In this document: in pieces, positions 48,901 to 59,866 of the stretch | Numbering within the stretch: position 1 is the first letter of the stretch | Layout: every line of letters begins with the position of its first letter | Assembly (NCBI GenBank): GCA_032718475.1 | Contig: JAUCBJ010008715.1 | Coordinates: forward strand, 16,025-80,024 | Reading direction: 5' to 3' | DNA length: 64,000 bases | DNA from: Nemertoderma westbladi | Lineage: Eukaryota > Animalia > Xenacoelomorpha | Notes under the pieces: generated by a model | The model's input: only the letters and a program-made list of their open reading frames with translations | Database searches by the model: none | What the model was told of the DNA's origin: nothing | Made by a program: the position numbers and the translations under genes

Positions 48901-51900
48901 TCTAACTACACTGACCAGCACATCGTAGCAGAAGGGATCACCTTGCCATCCTCCAACCGACAAAAACCTCAGACAACATCCACCAAGACGGCCACTTACG
49001 CCACACCGACGGAATCACGACAATTCTCGGACGGTAGTAGGGTATCTGCGCCCATTGGGACAAAACAGACGAGACAACAACTCAGTACCGACTTCAGCGG
49101 CTGCCAATACTGCGAGCATTTAGGCAAGCGGTATATCGGTCACAAGTTGCGAGGTTGTCGACAGTTTCGCGAGTTAAACTCGGAAGAACGACGGCTGCAG
49201 ATACGGCCATTGGACTCTTGTTGGCGGTGTACGCGACATGGACACGTCCGTAAAGATTGCCCAAATACCGACACTTGTCCATCCTGTGGACGCAACCACG
49301 ACGGTCTGCTCCACACAGACAGCCACACACCGACAAAACGCTTCGCCAGGGAACACCCGGAAGCAGCAGCGAGATGTGATGCGGCCTACAGAAAACGAGA
49401 ATCGAAAACGACTCCGACCTTCATGACCCATATTGAGGATTGCTTCTCAGAACAACCCGGATCGTCGGACGAAGAGTCAGAAGACGACGACGTATATTCG
49501 GATGGAGATGAACAGCCATCGATCGCGCTTCTGACTACTGACCAACTAAAGGGATTTAGTGTAATTCCGATTAAGATTACTGGCACAAAGGGGAGTAAGA
49601 GAATCTACGCTATTCTAGATTCAGCCTCATCTCACAGTTACGTGGATGAAAAGATAGCTGATGTAGTGACGGATCTCAGACAAGGTAAGCGCGTCAGTTA
49701 TACCGTAAGTAGTATGCACGGACAACGTGCAATACCAGTGACACGAGTTAAGTTAAACTTAGACTCTCTTCTTCCAAAATCGCAACACAGCGAGAGGGAG
49801 AGGTCTTTGTTACCCTTCAAGGATTTGACCTTTGCGGCCACCAAAGACTTTAGTAACCTACTAGGTCCGGTCCCAGAACAATCCTTGGAGGACCGTAAGT
49901 ATTTCAGACACCTTGGTGTACCCGAATGTCCTGTCAATTATAGATCGGTAGCCATGCTGATCGGGACAGACCAATTCAACCTACATCAGGTGTGGGAAAC
50001 CAGACCATCGGCAGTCATAGCGGGAAACGCATACGCCTGCAGAACGCCGATAGGGTGGTATACTCGAGCGCCTGTGCGCACACTAGACGTAAGTGACGAG
50101 GAAGACGATGTACAAAGTACATGTAGTTTATTAACTACAAATTCAATTCATTCCTTCTCACACGACGTGAACCATACTACACTACAGTCGACAAAACATG
50201 ACAGACGTGTGACTAGTATGATAAGTCACAAGGAGCAGCTAACCCACCAGGTGAGTTTAGAACTTGGGGAGAAGACGAGTCAGCTAGAGATTCCATCGAC
50301 GACAGATGATAACGCCGGAAGGCTTGCGAGTCTACCTACCCCAATAACCTCAGCAATACCCGTCGATATCGATAATGACGCGTTGAGAAATCATCAATTG
50401 GAACAAGCTGTATTGGACAAAGAATTAACGGAGAAGACTATCAGGTGGTTAGAACAAGATACAGCTGAACCTGGTAGCTACGAACCTTGTATGTCGGAAC
50501 AGGAGAAACAATCTTTGAGGATCATGGAAGATACTATCCGCCAGACGGAGGACGGACATTATGAGGTAGGGATGTTATGGCGTAGCCAAAGTCCTAAACT
50601 TATAAATAACTACCCACTAGCTTTAAGACGTCTACACTCAATACGGCAACGTCTATTAAAGGACGAGAAAGCCCATCTGCAGTACAACACTCAGATGGAG
50701 ACGTATTTGACTAAGGGATACGCTATCCGAATGACTAACCCAGAGATAGTGACTAACCAGACATACTACCTGCCACATCACTACGTGAGACACCCCGACA
50801 AACCAGATAAAGTACGCGTAGTCAATGACTGTGCGGCTCTGTTTGAGGGAATGTCCCTCAATAGCGAGTTGATGGATGGACCAAACATGAATAATTATCT
50901 TATGGGGGTGATTATGCGCTTCCGTCAGCGTCAAGTAGCTTTTACTTGTGACGTTGAAGCGATGTTTCACCAAGTGAGAGCGTTAGAGCGAGACAGAGAC
51001 AGTTTGCGGTTCCTCTGGTACCCGGAAGGAGACTTAAGTCTACCACCGGCGACTTACCAAATGCAAGTTCGCGTTTTCGGTGCCAGGGACAGCCCAAACT
51101 GCACGATGTACGCCCTAAAACAAGCCGCTAGGGATCAGAAACACCTGTATGACCCAGAGATAATTAGGATTGTGGAACGTGACTTCTACGTCGACGACGG
51201 ATTACAGAGTTGCAACACAGTAGAACGTGCTACAACAGTAGCACATCAATTACGGGACTGCTTAGCGGGCGGAGGTTTTAACCTCACCAAATTCGCCTCA
51301 AACAGTGCCGAATTAGTAGACTCATTCGGAACGACTGAGCGTGGAGGTGGTGACATAGACCTAGAGTTCGAACCACTACCAACGACCAAGGTGTTGGGGC
51401 TCTTTTGGGACCCAAACACAGACAACTTTCGAGTGAAAGTGAGACTGGACAGTCAAGAAAACACACTGACAAAGAGATCATGCTTGTCAAAATTGAGCCG
51501 ATTGTTCGATCCATTAGGATTCATCAGTCCAATTATACTGCAAGCCCGCATTTATATGCGCAGTATTTGGAAGGATGGACTGACATGGGACGAGCCGATC
51601 TCATCAGACCAAGTGGACTTATGGAAGACCTGGGAGGCGGAATTATCTTCGCTAGAGGATTATTCCATACCCAGAGTCTACTTTCCATTACAAACAACAT
51701 TTCCTGACAACTTGGAATTACACTGTTTTTCTGACGCCAGTGACAACGGTTTTGGTGTGGCAGCGTACTTGCGCAGACAAGTAGACTCAGCAGAATTCGA
51801 TGTTTCGCTCATTACTTCTAAGGCAAAAACAATGCCTACTAAGTATATGACGACACCACGAGCTGAGCTACAAGCCGCAACCCTGTCAACCACCATCGTG

Positions 51901-54638
51901 AACCTTATACAGACAGAACTACAGTCAAGTTTACAGATATTTTATTGGACTGACGCGACGTTGGTTTTATTTTACATAAACAACGACACACTTGAATTCA
52001 AGACATTCGTAGCTAACCGTCGTGCAGAAATTCTAGACTGTTCAATAAAAGAGGATTGGCGACATTGTCCCGGACCACAAAACCCAGCTGATATTGCGTC
52101 GTGAGGAATGATGCCTGAGGAATTCTGTAAACCGGAAAACAAAGAATTTTGGCAACACGGACCCCAATTCTTGCAGAAATCGATGCAAGATTGGCCACCG
52201 TTATACGACAACAAGTCTAACACCATCCCTAAGGACGCCGAAATCAAGAAACCAAAAAAGGGGAAGGCAAAGAAAAAGACGACGGCGACAAAACTCAAGA
52301 AAAAACCGAAGGCGAAATGGAAAGCGATAACTTCAAAGGTCAAGAGAGGAAGACTTGCGAGCCTTTCTACACCAGACATATCGCCAGACGGTCAAACAGA
52401 CACGTTACTAGACAGCCAACCAGACATTTTGCCAGACATATCACAAAATGTTCTACCAGACACTAGTAACATACTGACAAATAGTAAAGCCGCAGTTTCT
52501 CTATTGGAGCGGCCTTCTATTGACAAACAACCAGATACGTTACCAGACGTATTGCCAGACACGTTGCTAGACGGTCAACCAGACGTTTTGCCAGACACGT
52601 CACTAGATATTTCGCCAGATGTTCCGCGAAACATTTTACCAGACATGTCACAAAATGTTCTACCAGACATTAGTAATGTATTGACAAATAGTGAAGCCGC
52701 AGTTTCCCTATTGGAGCGGCCTTGTATTGACAAACTACCAATTTTGACACACTTGAGCAACCATAAGCATGGTGAAACCTCATGTATTACAGATGTGGGT
52801 AGTACCTACGCTAATGTAAATACAGGTGTTACTCTGCGCTCAAGAGACATACCAAACTTGCAACCTATGGTGAAACCTGGGATTAATATCGGCAGAAAAA
52901 TAAGTTTACCGAAACCCACTGACCCCATAGAGTTCAAACCACCATTAACGATCAACTTACAAAGTACCGACAATCAAGGTAAGAAGACAAAGAAGGACAA
53001 ATTACTTGTAGACCGGACGGATCAATAGTCAACAAGGGAATACCTACCGGCGGACCCGTGGGCCCTTCTAGTAATTCAAAACCTTCCAAAATCTCCATTG
53101 ACTTACCTGATGACGTCACAAATACTTACGTCGACCGTATTGTAAACCTAACAGACTCTTGGACAAACGTTTGCCGAAAATTAGCGTGGATTGTACGTTT
53201 TGTACAATACGTTAAAGGCAAACGTGACTTTACACGTCGACTTACATTGGCTGAGATTGACAGGTGTGAAATTAAATTAATTCGCCATTACCAACTGCGA
53301 TATTTCGCGCGCGAATTCACATCTATAAATCAAGGTCAACCAATCAAGTCGTCACCAATACTGAGTTGGAGTCCGATTATTTATAATGGCTTAATTTGTC
53401 ATAAATCTCGGCTTCAAAACATTGACTTTAACACAAACTTTAGATACCCAATAATAATACCACAACATCACGAACTACAACGTGCAATGATACTGGACGC
53501 ACATTTACATCTGAAACACGCTGGAAGACACCACTGTCTTTCCTACTTACGTACAAGATTTGTATTAATTAGACCCAGTAAAGCGTTAAGTTCAGTGACA
53601 CGTACGTGTATTATTTGTAAAAAGGTACATTCTAGAATAGGTACCCAAGAAATGAGTGAACTTCCACAAGCACGACTTCAAGCATTCAGACCACCTTTTA
53701 CAGAGACTGGAATTGATTGCTTTGGTCCCATACATACGAAACGTGGACGTATACTAGTAAAACGCTGGGGACTGATTTTCACATGTATGTCCAGTAGGGC
53801 AGTTCATATTGAACGTGTGATGGATCTTTCCACCAACGCGTTTATACTAGCATTGCGGCGATTTATCGCTAGACGCGGACTAGTAAAATGCTTGTACTCA
53901 GACCAAGGGACAAACTTTGTTGGTGCTCGAAATGAGATTGCTAGAGCCTTTAAGAAATTAGATAATGATCAAATCTCGAACGAACTACAACCTCACAAGA
54001 TTGTTTGGAAGTTTAATCCTCCAGATAGTCCATGGAGAGGTGGAGTCTGGGAGAGATTGATTAGATCTATCAAAACAGCCATGGCAAAGGTCATTCCAGT
54101 AAACCACATATTGACAGACGACCAACTGACAACACTGTTTGTTGAAATCGAGGCAATACTAAATACTAGACCAATAGTATTAGTACCCGATGACAAACAA
54201 TCTCAGTTCGCTTTGACACCGGCACACCTGCTAATGCAGGCACCGACAACTTTGACGCCTATTTCTATTCCAATAGAAAGCGATAGCTACGGTAGAAAAG
54301 CGTGGAAAATCACGCAACTACTGGCTAACAAATTCTGGGAAATATGGCAAAACCATTATTTGCCCTCTATTTCTGCCAGAACAACTTGGTATAATAACAC
54401 CCGCGCATTAAAGCCGGGAGATCACGTGCTGTTAGCGGAAGTGAATCTAAAAAGACGCTTCTGGATAACAGGTGTAATTTTAGCCACACATCCATCTATG
54501 GATGGAGTGACAAGAACTGTAACGGTACGGACAATTGACGGTCGTACAGTAGACAGACCGACTCAACGTCTCGTACTTCTTGAAGAGACTCGTAACGAGT
54601 CTGGAGACTACAAATCTCCACCTAATACTAGTAAATAA
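45904..54638 (+). pseudogene. BEL gag-pol polyprotein, interrupted by in-frame TGA stops (46420, 46867, 52102) and a frameshift near 53030
   Basis: Coiled coil; gag PKFSG..W..F; three Cys/His knuckles; protease ILDSAS; RT YLPHH..KVRVVND, CDVEAMFHQV, FGARDSP, FYVDD; RNase H FSDAS, PRAELQAA, WTDAT, NPADIAS*G; integrase H..H..CIIC, GIDCFGP, SDQGTNF, PWRGGVWERLI. Confidence 0.93.
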
Positions 54639-55300
54639 TTAGGAGTTTACAAATAGATTTCCACGTACCTGTACACCGTAGTAAGGACAGCGGTAGAATT
54701 CCATTGTCTTTATATGTGAACATTGAGGGTAGTACCCTTATGTGTCACATAGGAGCGGGATTTGTAGGTATAAGAAATGGAATTCTACTTGGAACTCACA
54801 ATATTGAGACATTTTCGAAATTTTAGACAATCCATTTGGATTTGAAAATTTTTTAAAATTTTCTCCAGTGAATAGATTTCAGGGTACAGTCGGGTGGAAC
54901 TTAAAATTAGAGAAACAAGAGAGGAAGACTTGCGAGCCTTTCTTAAAATTTTAATTAAATTTTACACGGTCTTGTTTCAATAAGTTACGTCAATAAATAG
55001 ACTCCCCTATATTTATTACTAATTCTTGATTGCTTATTTTCTGATAATAGTTTGGGATCAAAAAGTGAGTATTTTAGACTCACAGCCAGTTTAGCCCAAA
55101 ATTCGTTTTTATTTCGGCAAAAAATTTTAGATAAGAAGCAGCGTGTCATTAAAGAAACCCTAGATCTTAGGCTATGGGTAGGAGGTTAGAGCGTTGTCGA
55201 GCCCAAAGGGCAGACGAAACTCTCACGTCTCCTCACAACTAACTACAAACTCTGTTGTATTCCCTCTAGTAGTAATGATTATGTAACTACACCCCTAATT

Positions 55301-57091
55301 ATGGAGAAAGGGATACAAGGAGAGCCGAGATGGGGATATGATATCCAAGAGGAGGCAGCAGCGCCATTCGAAAGATTTGGAGCCAAGGACTATACTATAT
55401 TCGGTATAAAAGAATTATCGGAAAGTACAGCGAAACTCGCGAGAACTAAATATGACTCGAACGTATTAAAGAGAAGGCAAAACGCATTAAACGAAAGAAT
55501 CGAAAGTTTGCGCCAAACCTTCAACGAACTTTACCCGTACGACGCTTTGTGTGATACGGGAGACATTAGCGAAGACCCCGATACTGAAATTAGTCGTTTG
55601 TATCATACCATGCAATACCTGAAGGCGCACGAACCTATGCCCGCGGTACGCGATGAATTCGATGGAATGCATCTTTACAGACGAACTCGAGGGGACGATA
55701 GAGAAACCAAGGAAGCATTTTCAGTTTATAAACTTTATTATCAATGCGGTTCTTGTATGCGCGAACAACGAAATGCGATTCCGATGCGTTTGAATAAGGA
55801 AAATCCCGAACCGATATTGGCGAGGTGTTCGAACCATCAACAACTACGCTACCAGGAAGGAGGGTATCCTTTATCGAATCCATATCATTCGTTTGCTATG
55901 ACCGGACCAAAGGCGGGAGAAACTGTCATTTACCCACCTAAGGTTGTTGAACCCGATGTATTTGAACTTACGCTGGACGAGGCGAATCAGTCAACCCGCG
56001 AAAAGAAAGAAGCTCTTAGCCTATACAGAGCCTACAAGGCTTTCGAGAAAGGTGAAATGGAAGAATGGGGCGGAAGACTCGCGAGCCTACCTTGCCATTG
56101 GACGTCACACGATCAAACTCCAGCTAAGGAGATGACACCGGAAGTTTTCGAGAGCATAAACTTTGCTCAAAACGTTATTCAGAGACTACAGATTGCATCC
56201 CCGGAGAGGACAAGAGAAATGCAACCGTATAGTACTTCAACTACGAAACCATTGAGTACGACACTCAATTTCCCTATTAGTATACCAGTCCGACAGGATA
56301 CGACGTACGAAATACCCATCGTGGATCATCCAGAAATCATTTCGAACTTGGAGTTTCTTCCTGCAGTTGTTTTTAGCGATATGAGTAAGATATATGATTT
56401 ACGTAGACATATTACTCAAAAGGTCGTGTACAACGTTCCACCTCATATTCAAGATTTCAAGGAACTGGATAGAGCTGGTGCCGATATAGCTCCGAGTAAT
56501 TTGAAAGGATATTTAACCAAGACGATTCGTTTATGGATTGGAACCGGAACCTTCGAGTCGGATACAGATATTGCCGCAGATTGGCGAGGTAAGGTTATTC
56601 GTTTCGAAGATGATAAGGATATAGAGAAGATTTGGCAACCTTCGGAAGAATTGTTGGATGAATGGAATAGGACGTTTAGGTCGTTTCAGGAAAATGGTTA
56701 CATATTTTACGACAACGAGGGCAGCAGTCATCAGCAGAGTTTGACTTCTAAGACTATACAAATTAGAGCGGCGGACGGAGTCCTGCACGTTTTCAGTAGA
56801 CAGAGGAGCGACAAACGAATGCCGATACCTCCAGCGAATACAAAGCGACACCATCTTATCACCGATATAGTAAAGAAGATAGACCAAGCTTGTAATATCG
56901 ACGCTAGAATGCTACCGAAGATGGTAAGAAACATGATTTTAGATAAAACTGTTGTAAAGATTGGATCAGGAGTAAGGGAGGATTTAATTAGCGACTTCGC
57001 CGGCATGACGGACAGCGATGACCGACTACCGACACCTTACGTCGACACTCGACCTCTTATTTTGTGGTCTATAGAACAGGTATATTTTTAG
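55301..57091 (+). CDS. BEL accessory ORF3, part 1; C-terminal part resembles a DEDDy (WRN/RNase D-like) 3'-5' exonuclease
   Basis: YIFYDNEG (ExoI-like), TIQIR, LPKMVRNMILDKTVVKIGSGVREDL (ExoII-like), YVDT; lies between pol and the 3' LTR. Confidence 0.6.
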   Translation: MEKGIQGEPRWGYDIQEEAAAPFERFGAKDYTIFGIKELSESTAKLARTKYDSNVLKRRQNALNERIESLRQTFNELYPYDALCDTGDISEDPDTEISRLYHTMQYLKAHEPMPAVRDEFDGMHLYRRTRGDDRETKEAFSVYKLYYQCGSCMREQRNAIPMRLNKENPEPILARCSNHQQLRYQEGGYPLSNPYHSFAMTGPKAGETVIYPPKVVEPDVFELTLDEANQSTREKKEALSLYRAYKAFEKGEMEEWGGRLASLPCHWTSHDQTPAKEMTPEVFESINFAQNVIQRLQIASPERTREMQPYSTSTTKPLSTTLNFPISIPVRQDTTYEIPIVDHPEIISNLEFLPAVVFSDMSKIYDLRRHITQKVVYNVPPHIQDFKELDRAGADIAPSNLKGYLTKTIRLWIGTGTFESDTDIAADWRGKVIRFEDDKDIEKIWQPSEELLDEWNRTFRSFQENGYIFYDNEGSSHQQSLTSKTIQIRAADGVLHVFSRQRSDKRMPIPPANTKRHHLITDIVKKIDQACNIDARMLPKMVRNMILDKTVVKIGSGVREDLISDFAGMTDSDDRLPTPYVDTRPLILWSIEQVYF

Positions 57092-57212
57092 TGAGTACAA
57101 TACTCAGAAGACTGGAACTGGATACATTTCCTACCTGTTATTCAATTGGGATTATAAGGAAAATAAGAGAAACAAGTATATTGAAACTTATGGAGAAGGT
57201 GATACTCCAGAT

Positions 57213-59027
57213 ATGAGTGAGTTTGAATCACAGCTTAAATGGAGAGGATGCGTGTATTGGGCTATTACGTCACCTCCAAGAGCGGTCTTACAATATTATT
57301 TAGCAATAGAGTCGTCAGTGAATGTTTGCCTAATCGCCGACATTGTGTCTCGGACTCTCAAAAGACATCCACTTTGTCTCGGAGAAGATCATACGTTCTA
57401 CATGGAAGGGAGAATTCGTACCGACGTGTTTAGACGATTCCTTGAACCCTTCTACAACTCCGACGCTCAGTGTAATGCCTTTACTCGAGCAGGATTTAGT
57501 ATATTTCGAGACGTGTATCTTCGCTGTGCGGGATCTCTTATCGAAAGACCATCTATGTTTACATTGTTACCCTATGAAGGAGAACGTATCGTGGAGATTA
57601 CGGAAGAATCACGGCAGACGCGCGCGCCTATCGGTCACCTCGGTGATGATTTCGAAGTAACTACTACGATCGCTGACGATCCTTTAGAGGAACTTCTTGA
57701 GATAGAAAGGAACCTCCCGAAGAAATCTCAGACGGAGATTCGACAACTTGAAGCAACAGATGCTATAGTTTGTATACAACCTTCAGAAACCTACCAACCC
57801 ATAGACCCAGATGATTACGATTATAGTGTGGGAGGAAGCGCTCGACCGATTGGAGATCTTATATACGAACGAGTGTGGTACCCTGCCAATACGATGTGTA
57901 GTAAATGTGGCGTCGCTGGACATCATATGACAAAGTGCAGTGGAAAGCACATTACTACGACTCAGCTAATCTGTGGATGGTGTGGGGATCAAGGGTCTCA
58001 TACCTTTTATACTTGCTGGAGATTTATGGCTCAATGTACTTATTGCAATATAAAAGGACATCGAGCATCTGAATGCCAACTAAGAGACATACCTTATGAA
58101 CACGAATCTGTAAAACTCGTGAGGAAGTTATTTGATGAGTGGGAAGATTTAGCCGACGAACATGTATCGGCACAAAGAAGACGGTTTCCGATGAGAGCGC
58201 ATCTCGGATTTTGGGCGGTAAATCCCCAGACGATGATGTCGGAAGGATATATCTCCGCTATGCCCCAATATGACGAACTTATCGAGGTAGTCGATATTTT
58301 GCCCCACGACAGCGGATTTCGAGTAGTGCGCGAGTATCTACTACAGATTCACCCAGATAATAAAAACACGTGGAATTTTCAGAAAGTCGTTAATCGCATT
58401 ACGTATGGTGAATTCGATCGTTTCCGAATTGAAAAACGGAATAAAGGAGCTTGGTTAACCGTCGCATGGGCGTACCGAGCCGCGTTTTACCATAAACGTA
58501 TACGAGCGAGCGTATTCGAGGAAGAGGAGGTCCTAGAGGCGACGAATATACCAGCCACCCCGGTTGCGCCGTCTGCACGTCACCCTCGCGAGGACGGACA
58601 GGGTAGGATCATACGGGTCCAGAAAGTGGGCCAAAAATTAAAGAAAATTATTAATATAGAAGAACGCAAGGGAGTTGAGCCGACCATTCGAATTACTCGG
58701 GATACGGTATCGCTTCCTAGAGAACCAATAGGAGGATCGGGACATACACCAGCTGATCAACAGGGGGCGCAAGCTACTCTTGGGTCTGCATCGTCCGCTT
58801 CTCGCGCGTTCCCAGACGTTCTACCAACTGTAGTGACAACTGATCGGTCACGAGGAATCGGTCGAGGTTTTGGGATGCTAAATAGACGAATTTGCGAGGA
58901 AATGGTCGCACCGTCTCTCAATGTCCAAACGAAACCAGTGACTCGCCCCACGAGTCCCATATCGCGAGCAAAGTCACCTGTGCGCAGTTTTCGAGGACGC
59001 GGCAGGGCTCGATCCACTAAGCGATAA
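57213..59027 (+). CDS. BEL accessory ORF3, part 2 (probably a frameshifted continuation); three CCHC zinc knuckles, basic tail
   Basis: Frame is open upstream to ~57075, overlapping the end of part 1; CSKCGVAGHHMTKC, CGWCGDQGSHTFYTC, CTYCNIKGHRASEC. Confidence 0.65.
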   Translation: MSEFESQLKWRGCVYWAITSPPRAVLQYYLAIESSVNVCLIADIVSRTLKRHPLCLGEDHTFYMEGRIRTDVFRRFLEPFYNSDAQCNAFTRAGFSIFRDVYLRCAGSLIERPSMFTLLPYEGERIVEITEESRQTRAPIGHLGDDFEVTTTIADDPLEELLEIERNLPKKSQTEIRQLEATDAIVCIQPSETYQPIDPDDYDYSVGGSARPIGDLIYERVWYPANTMCSKCGVAGHHMTKCSGKHITTTQLICGWCGDQGSHTFYTCWRFMAQCTYCNIKGHRASECQLRDIPYEHESVKLVRKLFDEWEDLADEHVSAQRRRFPMRAHLGFWAVNPQTMMSEGYISAMPQYDELIEVVDILPHDSGFRVVREYLLQIHPDNKNTWNFQKVVNRITYGEFDRFRIEKRNKGAWLTVAWAYRAAFYHKRIRASVFEEEEVLEATNIPATPVAPSARHPREDGQGRIIRVQKVGQKLKKIINIEERKGVEPTIRITRDTVSLPREPIGGSGHTPADQQGAQATLGSASSASRAFPDVLPTVVTTDRSRGIGRGFGMLNRRICEEMVAPSLNVQTKPVTRPTSPISRAKSPVRSFRGRGRARSTKR

Positions 59028-59866
59028 AAGGGAGGGCAAGGGTGGACGGAAGACTCGTGAGCCTTTCTTGTGAATTTGTGATTTATTTGAATTTATATTT
59101 ATATTTGTGTTTATTCCGAACTTATGCAATTTGTATTGTTCCGAATTTATGAAATTTAGAAATAAGAACTCATATTTAGTAAGATTTATAGTCAGTAAGA
59201 ATTTATATTTGCAAGATTTATATTTTGTAAGAATTTATATTTTATATTTGTGATTATTCCGAACTTATGCAATTTATATTGTTCCGAATATTATGCAATT
59301 TATATCTTATAAGCAGTATTTGTATTTACAGTGAAATAGAAAGTAAGAGTAGATGGAAGACTCGTGGGCCTTTCTTATAGTTTCATTTGTAAAGTGTTAT
59401 ATTTTGTATTTAGAACGTTTTATAGTTAGAAAGTTTTGTGCTTAGAAAGACTCATATTTGTAATTATTCCGAACTTATGCAATCTACATTTAGGTATGAA
59501 AGTATTTGTAATTACTTGAATTTATGCAATATTTGAGATGCAATAGTAGATGGAAGACTCGCGAGCCTTTCTTATTGTTTTCATTTATTTGTATTTGTAA
59601 TTGTTTGAATTTATGCAATATTGAGATGCAATAGATTTATATTGGTGAATTTAATTTAGATTTATATTGTACTTACTTAGTAAAGCCCTAAATACGTAAA
59701 GTTTGAATTTGTAATTATTTTGTATCGAATCATTACGTAGAAAGGAAGTATTGTTTGAAATTTAATTGTAAATATGTAAGTACGCCCAAAGTATTCTATA
59801 GTTTGATTGATTATTGGTGAAAACCGTATATTTTATGCACGATAATATCCTGTTTTCATGGAGCGG

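Noticed and set aside
55301-59027. env gene
   Set aside because: No signal peptide, TM segment or fusion-protein Cys pattern seen
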